Source: Octopus vulgaris
Taxonomy: Eukaryota
Assembly (NCBI GenBank): GCA_951406725.2
Contig: OX597816.1
Coordinates: 135,098,001 to 135,162,000 of the forward strand
Direction: 5' to 3'
DNA: 64,000 nucleotides
The translations under genes and the position numbers were made by a program. Shown here one piece after another: positions 38,021-51,145 of this stretch; position 1 is the first letter of the stretch; each line of letters opens with the position of its first letter. A model generated the notes under the pieces. The model was not told where the DNA came from. It worked only from the letters and a program-made list of their open reading frames with translations, and did not search any database.

Positions 38021-38549
38021 GAAAACGCTCTTTAAAGTATAGAGTTGAATTTCGTGTAGCCACCTGTTGGTAACTTTTTCTCTCAACCCATTTTGTAGGG
38101 GTATTACCCATTTTCCTGGGCTCTTTTCACAGCTATACCCTATTTGAAATTTGCATTAGTTTTTATGTGAAAAAAAAGAGGAAGGGAGTGGAGGCTTGTT
38201 TGAAGTTTGTAGAGAAAATGTTAACCGTACCTGAAAAAAAACATGGTCTTTCCCCTCCAACTAAAAGACATGAAGAACTATGAAAGAAGGTAAATAAGTA
38301 CCAGGGGTGGGGGAAAGAAGAGAGAACTAACAGTCGATTGTTCTAGAACTCCCAGAATAAAAACGTAAACACCTGAAAGACTTACCCTCTATTCATTACT
38401 AAATGTCTTTCCCTCTTCTTCATTGTTAAAAGTAAAGAAGCTAGAAAAGACTGATCATATTTCAGTCTAATAGTCCTTGTAGATGACTGAGGCTTTCCTT
38501 TCTCTGTCTCTACCATTTCACTCCTTTTCTCTATGGTTAAGAGAGTGAA

Positions 38550-38848
38550 GGTGATTGGCTCAGTGGTTAGGGGTATTCTGCCCACGATCATAAAGTCACA
38601 AGTAGGATTCACTGCAGTGTGCTGTGCTTTTGAGAAAGGTACTCTACTTCACCTTGCTGCAGTCCACTAGGCTGGCAAAAATGAGTTATAGCTGTAATTC
38701 AAAGGGGCCAGCCTTGTAACATTCTGTGTAAGGCTGAATCTCTCCTTATCTCTGTGGAGTATTCAGCCACTTGCATGTTAATTTTATGAGCAAACCGTTT
38801 GTTGATTAGAAAAACAGGAACCTCGTCGTCGTAACCAATTGAGTGCCA
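38550..38848 (+). mobile_element. tRNA-derived SINE (head B, tail Y)
   Basis: Similar to 31845-32168. Confidence 0.75.
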
Positions 38849-39976
38849 TTTTTTTCAGTGACAGAAAAGGAAATGTTCCATATCACAAGGCAAAAATGTC
38901 ATCTGAGAAGTGAAAGCTAAGACAAAGTAATTACTATTCCATCATGTATTCACCCTCGATTCAACCTGCACATCAGTGTTTATCTGGGGGCTTGGTCTCC
39001 ACATTGGTGAGACCCACAAATGCCACTGTTAGGACCAGATTAATACCCATAGTAACCCTAATGACTAAATAGAGTTTCCTGCCCCAATATAGGACCTTTT
39101 TTTCATTTTCTTCCAACCACTTGAGATTTATCTTGCTCTAGTCCACTCAGCTGGCCAAAATGAGTTGTAGCTGTAATTCAAATGGACCAGCCTTGTCATA
39201 TTCTGTGTGAGACTGAATCTCCCTGAGAACTATGTTAATGATATGCATGTCTGTGGAGTACTCAGCCACTTGTAAGGTAATTTTATCCTCATCTGGTAAT
39301 GAAAAGTGAAAGTGACATCCAATATTTGCTGTGTTTATGTATCTATAACTTTTCTTTCGATCTATGTATTTCTCTCTTTCTCCTTCACTTCTGTGTCCCT
39401 CTTCTCCCCCACTTTTAATTTAACAATGTGTGTATGTATCTCTGTATCAACTTTACTTTGGATCTATGTATCTACTTTTCTTGCAATGTAATAAACGTTT
39501 AAAAACACAATATGAACACCGTCACCACCCTCTTTCTCTCTCACTCACTCTTACTTCTTCTCTGAAACATTTAAAAACACAAAACAAACGTCATCACCAC
39601 TCACTGACTCTCTCTCTCTCTCTCTTTCCATATTACTTCCTCTCTGTCCTCCTCTCTCTTGCTTTGCCACTCGCTTCTCTGAAGTGTGACACACACCACA
39701 GGTATGAACAAAAACAAGCACAACCAAGCGTATTAATATTATTAATAAGTAGTAGTAGTAGTAGTTGTAGTAGCAGCAGTACTGTGACAGCAATTTAACA
39801 TCTAGTCTGGCCAGTTTTAATCAACATATCAAGTTTTATTTGACACTTTGACTCAAAAATCTACATTGTGATAACTTACAACATTTTAAAAACCTTTTTT
39901 TTCTTTTTAATTTAAAATGAAAACAAAAGAAAAAATAACGAATTGTTCGAATAATGAATTAAACAGAATCAGGTAC

Positions 39977-40144
39977 CTGCTTGCTTTTCTTAGACTAAGC
40001 TGGTTCAAGTTATAGGGAGCTATTAAATTATGTTTAACTGGTAGGGTATCACTTGGATATGTGCAGTTGGGTGGATTACCGACCGTAATCACAGTAACAG
40101 TCCCTTCAGTTTGACTGGACACAGATCGGACTTCTTTTTCAGGC
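39977..40144 (-). CDS. VEPH1: VEPH1 coding exon 7
   Basis: ttaaag|G ... AG|gtacct; PEKEVRSVSSQTEGTVTVITVGNPPN; phases 2 and 2 fit the neighbours. Confidence 0.82.
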
Positions 40145-41669
40145 CTTTAATACAAGACAACAGTGGGGAAAACAAATAATAGTATTTTGAACTGATAGAA
40201 TCTTGTGTAATCAACATTAAAAAATACATATATACAATATGAAAAAATCTCCAAAATACACAAACAAAATATTCACACATACCATTACTGTCATCAGAAA
40301 AGATATCATGACTAACGTCAGCAAATACAACAATAATGCTATCATCATCATCTACAATATCATCATTAACCTCAACTTATATCCATTTCTAAAGTTGTCA
40401 TGGATTACATACACCTTCATTCAGTATATCCCTATATGTTACAATACAAAGTGGTTTCAGTAGTAAAGTTTACAATAAAAATTTACAACTGAAATCTAAT
40501 AAAGAATACTAATTCCAATTTTTATCAGTTATATTCAATTTCTCAATTAGCTACTGGTTTGGATTCCTGGCTCTCACCCAGGTGGCTCAGGTTTGATTCC
40601 TGGCATGGGAATGCTATGCTTTTTGTACTCAAGAAGACCCACCCACTACAACAGAATTGAGATATTAAAACCAAGGTGCCATGTAAAAAGCATCGGTAAT
40701 GGTGCCATGTAGAAAGCACCCAGTACACTCTGGCTGGCATTATGAAGGGCATCCAGCTGTAGAAACCAAACCAAACAGACTATGGAAGATGCTGTAGCCC
40801 CTGCTCAAGCCAGTTCTTGTCAAGCTGTCCAACCCATGCCAGCATAGAAAACTGACATTGATGATGATGATGAGTAGGATCTCAGCTGGCCTAGAGAGGT
40901 CTGTGGTGTAAACTGCAAGAACACTATAAATAATATTTTATTAACTCACAAAATTGAGTTCAGATCCTTCACTGGGACTTATCTCAGTGATAAATTGCTG
41001 GTGTGGTATAAACAAAGCCAGTGGCTTATTTATGCTCAAAAGGCTTGGGTACTTCTGGCTGATGAGACACATATTGAAACACCAGTGTCCCGGAATTCCT
41101 TGCAGCAATGAGTTGAGTGTGTTATGATCATACTATCATCATAAAAGTGTAAAGTTGTTCCCCTGTGGCATACACAACAGCAACTAGCATTTGAATGTGT
41201 TGGAACATATTAAGAATAACTGAGTAAATCATTGTAGTAAATCTCACTGTACACAGTGCAGATAATGATTTTTTAACCTTTTTTTTTTCATTTCAGTGCA
41301 ACATCATACAACAGAATTTCGTTAATACTGTCTATAACAGACAGTTGTAACCATCTTGCCTTTATAATAGAATATCATCACAAACAGAAAAATAGGGATT
41401 AACCAGACTAGCTTCAATATTGCATTGAGATTTCATCAGTGGTTGGCATTAGGAAGGGCATCCAGCTGTAGAAACATTGCCAGATTAGATTGGGGCCTGG
41501 TGCAGCCGTTGCTCTCCAGACCTCAGTAGTAGGAAAACTATCTAATTCACAATTTCATTCACTGAATTCAAGTTCTCCAGCGGACATGGGCAATTACAAA
41601 AGTATTCAAACTATAGCGCTGTTTTAATAATTCTTATCACTAAAGTGTACTTGATATGAATAGACTCAC

Positions 41670-42001
41670 GTGCTTCCACTAAGATGAATGTCTCCTTCAG
41701 AAAATGTAACAAATTTTTTCCGCAGCTCCTCACCCTCAAACGAAACATACTTTTTACGCATCTCTTCTGTCTCTGGGCATGTTGCACTTCGCTTCTTTAA
41801 GTCTTCACGTAACTGATGCAAAAGGTCAGCAACATAAGGTTTGTTTTGACAATGTTTATTGATTTCTGGCATGTGTTGGCCCAAAAGATGAGGAGAGGAT
41901 GCTGCAATCATCTTCAAGCCATTTAAGTACAATGGAAGGGTAGTTTTGTCAGCATTTGGCAGCTGTCCCATGAAGTACTGTAGACTACGTTTAGCATCAT
42001 T
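41670..42001 (-). CDS. VEPH1: VEPH1 coding exon 6
   Basis: ttttgacag|AAT ... AC|gtgagt; 332 nt open frame. Confidence 0.9.
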
Positions 42002-43934
42002 CTGTCAAAATTGAAATAAAACAAATTGAAACAAAACAAAACAAACAAAAAATCACCAGACATTCTTCATTTTCTTTCTTTAAAAGTTAATTAATTTTGA
42101 CAGATTCCCTTCTAGGCATTTTCTTTTTATTGCTGCTTTTACATTAACCTTTAGTTGGCAAGGTTTAGATAATTCAGTAATGCATTGTTGCTGAAAATTT
42201 CTTTTGTAACTGTAACCACTTGACTTATTGTATTAAGAGTTGTTCTTGTCACTAAAGTGAAATTCAAACCACAAATGAATGTTATCACTTGTAGAAATAA
42301 TTTCTGATATAAAGGTTAGTCTCTATATTAAATATGAAGTGCCAATAATTAGCAACAAACAATTGTCACACTTGTGGAATATATATAATTCATTTGTTTT
42401 ACATTTGAATTTCTGTGGCCGATGCCAGTGCTGCTTGACTGGCATCTGTGCCAGTGGTATATAAAAAACACTATTCAAGCGTGGTTGAGACCATGATTTT
42501 ATAATCACAAGTACAATTCTCTAACCACTAGGCAACATGCCTTCAACACAAATACTTATTACTGAGGCATTATTTTACAGCCAGATACCTTTCCTGTTGC
42601 TGACTCGTACCTGTTTTTTAAGTAAGGGATTCTTTTATCCCACTTGCCAACAGATGCATGGAGCTACAGGAGAATTTGTTCACACTACAATATGTCATAA
42701 TTGTTGGCATTTTTTTTACATATTGCCTGTTTGGTGATAGAAAAGGCATCCAGCCGTAGGCAATAAACCAACCAATTTAAATGTACAGGTGAGATGTTAA
42801 CTCCACAAGTTTCATCACAAGGTACAAGGACAGCAATTCTAAGAACTGATACAGAGGAGAGAGAACTCATTAGTCCTTCTGTATTGAACAACCATTCGAG
42901 AAGCAACTGCACACTAAAATACACCTAGCTGACCGGTGACAGGAAAGACATCCAACAGCAGAAACCATGCAAAAAGGAAACATGAACTATGAACACTACA
43001 AGCCACCTGTTTAGAAAGGTAATAACTCCAAATAAGAGAGCTGGTACAGAGTAAAGAGAATTCTTAATCCTCTCACATGGGGCAACCTCTCATACTGATA
43101 GCACAAAAAAATGCATACAACCAACACTGTAAGACATACATGACAATTTCTGGGTGTGTCAAATGACATGGACCATAATGGACTGACCCATGCCAGCATG
43201 GAAAAGCAAGCATGAAAGGATGAAGACAATGGTGATTATGATACTTAGCTCTAAGTCAAACATGATTAAGCAGATTTATGAATAAGGCATTCAACCATGA
43301 TATATCATCTTATTTTCTATAAGTGTACTCAAGACTAGGACTACACCATCCTGAAGGATGCAGTATTGTTTGAAGGAAATGTAGCTGCTATTTCTAGCAG
43401 CTTGAGTGACCATGTAGATGCTTCTTCATTTAGCCAAATGAGATCGTAGCCGTGGCCGATGCCAGTGTCACATAAATGACCTTTTTAAAAGTACCTTTCA
43501 ATCGTCGGGCAAGATGTTGTGCTTGAGAAGACCTGTTGAGTCAAGTGAAATCGTAGTCGTGGTCGGTGCCTGTGCCAGTGGCATGTAAAAAGCATCATTC
43601 GAGCGTGGTTGATGCCAGTGCCACCTGACTTTCTCCCGTGCCAGTAGCACATAAAAAGCACCCACTACATTCTCAGGGTGGTTGGTGTTAGGAAGGGCAA
43701 CCGGCTGTAGAAACCTTGCCAGATCAGATTGGAGCCTGGTGCAGCCTCCTGGTTTGCCAGTCCTCGGTCAAACCATCCAACCCATGCCAGTATGGAAAGT
43801 GGATGTTAAACGATGATGATGATGATGACTCCACAGGGTGTGTAGCTCAGAGATTGGAGTCGTTCAAAATCAAGCCATTACTTCTCCACACAGAGAGGTC
43901 AGGGTTGTTTAGGAGGAGAATCTCCTTCCATTAA

Positions 43935-45750
43935 GACTTCAGAAAAAAACTATTTCTGGCATTTTCTCTCTCACTTTGCTTAATTTAGGCTTTCTGGACA
44001 CACTTTCTTCACTCTTCACACTTGCAGGTTGATTCATTAGAGACATATAAAAAGAAGTTTGCTTTTTCCTGCCTTTCAAAATGCTACAAAAATGTGCCAG
44101 AGCAGTGTCATTAAATAAAGCAGCTGCACAACCTGTAGATACTTTTACAGGATGATATTTTTCTACAAATTCAAAAGCATACTGCCACTTTGCCCACACT
44201 GTCTTTATGTCACTCGTAAGATAGCCTTCTCCACTACACTGTCCTCCCCAGGGGAACCAATCTTTTCCACCACATCCGAATGCTGCTGCTCCTCTGAGTG
44301 CAAGTCCATATTGATGACTTTTTTTGGCAGTTAACAATGTTGTAGTGCTCCTTCCAAAACTCACAAAGAGTTAGATTTGTATTTTTGGTGACTTCAAAGC
44401 ACCAACAAAACAGACGTTTGGTGTACAATTTCTTAAAATTAGAAATCACCTGTTTGTCCATGGGCTGCCAGATAGGGATGGTGTTGAGTGAAGGTATAGA
44501 ACTTTTATGAATTTAAGTTTGTCCATGATATCATCTTTGAAGTAAGGAGGGATTTTCTTGAGAAGAAAATCATTCTCCAGAAGGTACTTTCTCATTGCTG
44601 GTCTGAAGATAAGGTTGACCCACTTGGTGAAGAACTGCCTGGTGCACAAGGCTTTAATGTTTGCCCGCTACATGACCTGCAGCTTCTCCTTCATGATTCT
44701 GTGCAACTTGAATGCTCATGGGTTTTCGGAATGGTAGACAAGGAGTGACTTAATCTTCATGTCTCAACTCACACTGGTACAAAAAGTGAGAGTTAGCCTG
44801 TCTTTCATAGGCTGGTGGCCTGGCATTTTCTTCTCTTCTGCTGTTATGTAGGTTCTTCTGGGCATTTTTTTCCCCAAAAAATACCAGTTTCATCACAGTT
44901 GCATACCTATTGTGTGATATTCCTCTTGGCTGCAATGAGCTGACGGAATTCACACACAAAATCCTCAGCTGCCTTCATGTCAGAACTTGCTGCTTCTCCA
45001 TACCTGATGACACTATGAATACCAGTCCTCTTTTTGAAATTATCAAACCAGCCACAACTGGCCTTAAAAGCCTCTGCTAATGTCTCCTCTGTCAATGTTC
45101 CAGGGTTCTGCTTCAAGAGATCCCCATACAGTGCTTGTGCTTTCTCACAGATGATGGTCTCTATAATCATATCCCCTGTGAGTTGCTTCTCATTGATCCA
45201 CAGGAGAAGCAATTTTTCCATTTCTTTGTGGACAGATGTGTGTTGCTTAAAGAGCCTGGAGACACCCTTTTGCTGTTGTAACAGCCTTGATCTCGTCCTT
45301 TTTCTTCAGATTGTCGACGTGCTATGTCCACTACATGCACTCCTCTCTCTTTATCAATGATTTCCTTCTTCAATTCTATTGTAATCAGCTTTTTCTTCTT
45401 CTCAGCACTGTCTTTTGCACTAATCTTCTTAAGACCCATGGTGAACACAACTAATTATCATAAAATAATAGCAAAAAAAAACACACACAAAACTAAAAAA
45501 AACACTGGGACAAACACAACAGAGATGTTGACATAAGATAAACATGTGAGCTGAGCAAGCAGAGACTACACTTGAGCAGAGACTGCACTTGAGCAGAGAC
45601 TGCATTCAAGCAGAGACTAGCGGCTGCTTGTATGAAACTCACTCATACTGTGGATTTCCACTTGTACTTCAAGAAAAAAATTTGCATGGGCCTTGGCTCA
45701 TACAGAAAATTACTCATACAATAGTGCACTTATACTGCAAGGTTCTACTG
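43935..45750 (-). mobile_element. Decayed Tigger/pogo DNA transposon
   Basis: TA|CAGTAGAACCT terminus at 45750. CENP-B-type HTH (ITIELKKEII; IICEKAQALY; FKASCGWFDNFKKR) and DDE remnant (PMDKQVISNFKKLY) split by frameshifts; other TIR not found. Confidence 0.88.
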
Positions 45751-45986
45751 TATTTAGCACATGCTCTGCAGCCTAATAACCAAACATTCCAATATTTATC
45801 CTTCAATTTTTAGAACTTACTTATACTCATTCATCTTCCAGGGAACTGCTTTCAGTATTTCACCATCAACTTACCTTCAATTAATTCAATACAGTAAATA
45901 GTTTTAAGTATTTCTAAGTATTTTAAAATTTAAAACCATTTGTTTGCAGTAATCCTTAAAGTTTGTTGCTAAAGTAAGTTTCTTAC

Positions 45987-46196
45987 CTCACTAAGAGTAG
46001 CAATGCTTCCAATGATAGCAACTGCAGGTTCTGTGTAGACAGGGTAAACAGTGAGTAATGTCTGCAAGGCAGTAACATAAGCCAACAGCGAGCGAGGATT
46101 CACACTAGCTATGTCCACGAGAATGTTCAAAACTGTTGGAGCCATTTCTGGCTGCTTTAGGTAATCACAAAACACAGGAACATATGGCTGCAACAG
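45987..46196 (-). CDS. VEPH1: VEPH1 coding exon 5
   Basis: ttttag|CTG ... GAG|gtaaga; 210 nt, phases 0 and 0. Confidence 0.92.
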
Positions 46197-46918
46197 CTAA
46201 AAGTAAAAAGAATACAAAATATAATACCCAGTAGTAAAAAAACATACAATACATAATAAATTCATCACCCTTGCCATAACCAATATTATCATCATCCAAC
46301 ATTATAGGTTAAATACATGTGTTTCTGCAGTACCTTGGTATTATGCACTCAAGTGGCCAGCCTCAAATTGCAATCACTAGTCTGAGGTATATAAACAAAG
46401 TGTAAAGTCTATCTGTTGATGTATAACAGCACCATGGAGGAAGAGAATTGAATTTTGAGTTATATGCAGCTCTAATAATGTAAACATTATTGATGTCACA
46501 TACTTACTGTATGTGTTATATTTATGCACTCATTAGCTGTGGAACAGGATCAGAGGGAAAAGTCCCTTTAAGATACTAAGTGTTAAAACATTGAATACTT
46601 CAAACCAAGTGAGTCAACTCATCCCATAGGGGATTGAGAAATATAGATACTGATATTTTGCTGTTTTTGCAGCCCATTGGCATTGTGCAATTGAGTCACC
46701 ACAAAACAAATTGCAATTGCTGGTCTGATGTTTATATGCAAATAGTGTAGAATCCATCTGCTGATGTACAACAGTGCTGCATAAGTAAAACAAAGTTAAA
46801 ATTTTGTATTTCAACAAAGCCATTGAGAAATATAATTCAAAACAGCAAGACTAAATACAACAGTAAGTACAAGAACATTTATACAGGAAAAAAGTGATAA
46901 TAATAATAATTATACATA

Positions 46919-47259
46919 GGAGGCGCAATGGCCCAGTGGTTAGGGCAGCGGACTCGCAGCCATAGGATCGCGGTTTCGATTCCCAGACCGGGCGTTGTGA
47001 GTGTTTATTGAGCGAAATCCCTGCTGTACTCTTTCACCACAACTTTCTCTCACTCTTACTTCCTGTTTCTGTTATACCTGTATTTCAAACGGCCGGCCTT
47101 GTCACTCTCTGTGTCACGCTGAATCTCCCTGAGATCTACGTTAAGGGTACACGTGTCTGTGGAGTGCTCAGCCACTTACACGTTAATTTCACAAGTAGGC
47201 TGTTCTGTTGATTTGGATCAACCGGAACCCTCGTCGTCGTAACCGACGGAGTGCTTCCC
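46919..47259 (+). mobile_element. tRNA-derived SINE (head A, tail Y)
   Basis: A/B boxes; 12-bp TSD TAATTATACATA (46907-46918, 47260-47271); CpGs retained. Confidence 0.9.
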
Positions 47260-48189
47260 TAATTATACATAACTGATGGTTGAGTAATGAGCATGTCAAA
47301 AGAGTCTCATTAACTGTTGCAATTAAGGACATCTCAGCTCATCAAGCTTCATGCCCTCCAGTTTTCATGACTGATGATTTATATGAATCATGACTTGAAC
47401 AATCAGTAGTAAGCAAAGTAGGAAGAGAAGTTTATTCATAATGACAGTTACTGAAACATTATGTAACACCAACATCTTCACGACTATCTTGGTTATTTAG
47501 TGTATGTTAATTTATTCTTTTACTTGGTTCAGTCATTTGACAGCAACTGTACTGGAGCACTACCTTGAAGGGTTTTAGTTGAACAAATTGACCCCAGGAC
47601 TTATTTCTTAAGCCTAGTACGTATTCTATTAGTCTCTTTTGCCAAACTGCTATGTAATGGGGGCATAAACACACCAACACCTGTTGTTAAATGGTGATGG
47701 GGGGACAAACACAGACATAAAGACAGACAGACACACACACATATACGACAGACACAAAGGCATATTCTGTTAAGAATATAGTAAAATACAGTATGAAGCA
47801 CGTCCACCTTCAAATTTCAGCCTGTGCTAAACAGTAGTAGTATTATATGTACTTCCAGGTTTGTGTTTGGATATCTGTTGTGTGCGAATAGATAATTGAA
47901 TTAGTGGACCTAATATGGAGATTAAAAGAAAGGAAAATAAAATATGAAATAGAATGATCAATAATAAAGAATGCACACCCATATAATATCCAGCATATGT
48001 GACCTATGCCTTGAGGAAGCCTTGTGCATTCTATTAAGTAACAAAGACTTAGTAAATAAGCATGCTGAGAAAATACCAAGATGTTGCCACCATGTCAAAT
48101 TTGCATTTTCCAGATACAACACAGTTGAATAATAATAACTCAGTGAAATCTCTCCCTCTCGCCTTCCCCCTATCCATGTGTGTTGGGTT

Positions 48190-48478
48190 GTATTTCTATA
48201 TATACATATGCATGCCAGTACACGTATTTAGCATGAATGAATCTATCTATATATACACACACACATATATATATGCATATATGTGTATGTATATGTGTGC
48301 GTATGTATATATGTACATATATTTGCATATGTGAGTGCATGTACATATCCATATATGAGTGTGTGTATATATATATATGTATATATGTATGTATGTGTGT
48401 GTGTGTCTGAGCATTAGTACATATATGGATCTATATGTGAACAGACTCCAAACTTTTTCAGTTATATATATATATATA
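48190..48478. repeat. Compound (TA)/(TG) low-complexity tract
   Basis: Alternating purine-pyrimidine runs. Confidence 0.85.
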
Positions 48479-49552
48479 TGGAAAAAAAGTCAAGGTAGAA
48501 AATGCTAAAATAATTTTATAAAAAACATTTCAGTACCAGTTTCAGTCATTGAGACTTTTTCAATGGCAAGTATGGAAAACATTTAAATTTTGGAAAAATT
48601 AAATGAAAAGTTTTTTAAAAGAATATTTGCAAAGTATTCAATTACAAGGGGCATTTTCCTTGTTTCTGTCTGTCTCTGTCTCTCTTGTTTAATCTCGTGG
48701 GTTCCAGGTCATTGAGAATTCTTGGAAGAAGAAGAAAGAGGAGGAAGAGGAAGAGAATGCGGGAGTGCTATGATAGCAGTAGGATGTTAAATGATCAAGT
48801 GCCCTGAAGTAACTTGTGGATGATAGTAGTGATTGAATTCTTGAGATATCTCTTCACGTGTGCTTCAGTGAACCTGATATACGCACTAACCTGCTCTGGG
48901 TGTCAAGAGCAATACATAGGCCAAACAAAAAACAGTCTACGTCAAAGGATGGCTCTGCACAGATCCCAGATAAAAATTTAAAAAAACAGAAAAATAGCAT
49001 TCAGCCAACACATTGACATTTGCGCCAATAACAAAAATCCAAGTTTCAGAATTTTTCCCTTCTATCAATTCAGGGACGATGCAACCTGTAGCCAACGAAT
49101 TAGTAAAGGGTCCCTCTTTATTACACAATACAGACTCCTTTTGACGCATCCACAACAAATGACATATCCACCATGACCTTAGAATAAACACCCATGCAAA
49201 TATTAAAATGATACATTCAAAAGAGATACCCAAGTATTCACTAAAAACAGTCCCAATCACTGCTATAATCCACAATGAGTCACTTTTAGGTCACTTGACC
49301 TTTTAACATCCTACTACTATCCTACCATCCTGCATTCTCTTATTATTCTGTCTCCTTCTTCATTTTCTTCTTCCTCTCTGCTACCGCCTTCCTTACTTTT
49401 TACTACTACGGCTGTTTAGAATAACACCTACACAAATATTATAAACAATGCATTCAAAAGAGATATCTCGAGAATTCAAACACTACTACCATCCACAACG
49501 TCACTTCAGGGCACTTGACCATTTAACATCCTACTACTATCATAGCACTCCC

Positions 49553-49607
<55 letters not shown>

Positions 49608-49868
49608 CATCCTTCTTCTCTGCTAAGAATTCACAACAACCTGGAACCCACAAGAGTAAACAAGAGAGACAGAGACAGGCAGAAACAAGGAAAATGCCAC
49701 TTGCATTTGAATACTATGCAAATATTCTTTTAAAGTACTTTTCATTTATTTTTACCAAAATTTAATTGTTTTCCATACTTACAGTTGAAAAAGTCTCAAT
49801 GACTGAAACTGGTACTGAAATGTTTTTTATAAAATTATTTTAGCATTTTCTACATTGAATTTTTTCCA
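48479..49868 (+). mobile_element. Penelope-like element fragment with inverted terminal arms
   Basis: GIY-YIG remnant FTCASVNLIYALTCSGCQEQYIGQTKNSLRQRMALH from about 48853. Arms 48479-48855 and 49457-49868 are inverted copies; flanked by (TA)n. Confidence 0.85.
49782..49817 (+). ncRNA. Putative variant minimal hammerhead ribozyme (inverted copy at 48531-48566)
   Basis: CAG-TTGAAAA-AGTC(TCAAT)GACT-GAAAC-TG-GTA-CTG; hammerhead topology, but the core deviates from CUGANGA. Confidence 0.45.
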
Positions 49869-51145
49869 TATATATATATCAACTCATGTGTTCCTTTTCA
49901 ACCTTCTATACACACACACACACAGATATACAGACAACAGGCTTCTTTCAGTTTCTGTCTACCAAATCCACTCACAAGGCTTTTATTGGTCTGAGGCTAT
50001 AGAAGACACTTGCCCAAGGTGCCACACAGTGGAACTGAATTCAGAACCATGTGGTTGGGAAGTAAACTTCTTACCACATGGCTACACCTGAGCCTCGTTA
50101 TAAATTTTAAAAAAAGACACACTGATAATTCCTGTACTAAGATACAACCTTTGTTCATACTTAAGTTTCCCACTGTATGTCCAGTGAATAAAAATCAATT
50201 TATTTCTGTGCAGCATGGGCAGATCTTACTGTCACACAGTATTATATATTTGATATGTATCATAGAGTGGCTATGAACAAAAATTAAAATAGTAGTTAAG
50301 AATTGAAACCCTAAGGCAAGCAATGTTACATACTCTTAAGAAATGTTTGTTAATCTACTTTTTCCAGTTTAATTAGACATCAGCTGACAAATGATTGACA
50401 CTTCAAAGGATATAAGTCTATGTAGACATTTGTTCCAACAACAAATCCATTTCAAGTAAGAAAAGAAAAAATAATACATCTTTAACAAAGAAAAGTAGTG
50501 ACAACCTAAATCAACTTAGTTTCTCTTTAATCTGAAGTTAATAGAACTGACAGCACAGGTATACAAGAGACAACTAAATTGACAGAAATTATAAACCAAC
50601 TAATCTTATGTTATTGTTGTATTTAAGAAGTTAACTCCGATAAAAATTGAGTTTATGGCCATTCAGCAATTTCTTGACAAAGCTGAAATTTTTTACAAAT
50701 TAAAAGAAAACCAGGTGTTGCTTAGAAATGACAGACTAATCCACAGAAAATGAAACACAAAAAAAGACATAAATAACAAGAAAAGTAGCAACAACACAAT
50801 ACATTTACACCTGAATGCATATTAATAATTTATACATATTCAATACATACATAATTTTTTTCATCTTTTTTCTCATTGCAATATCATTCCATCTGAGTAT
50901 CTACATTCTCAAAATCGATCTAACTACTTCAATTCCAGTTGTTTATAGTCTAATTCACAATCTTTTTTCTAATCAGTGTACACATCATCCATTTGCCTTA
51001 CATATTAGTGTTAGTACAAGTATTATTTCTGCATATATAAATCTATAATTTTCCTCTTCATTGTTAACATGCTAAAGGGTTAATGAACTAGAAAGATTGA
51101 ATGCAAAGGAAATATCCTTTGCATTCGATCTTTCTAGTTCATTAA

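Noticed and set aside
39492-39646. About 72-bp tandem duplication (and a 28-bp duplication at 60393-60450)
   Set aside because: Two-copy local duplications in low-complexity intron sequence; no sign of function.
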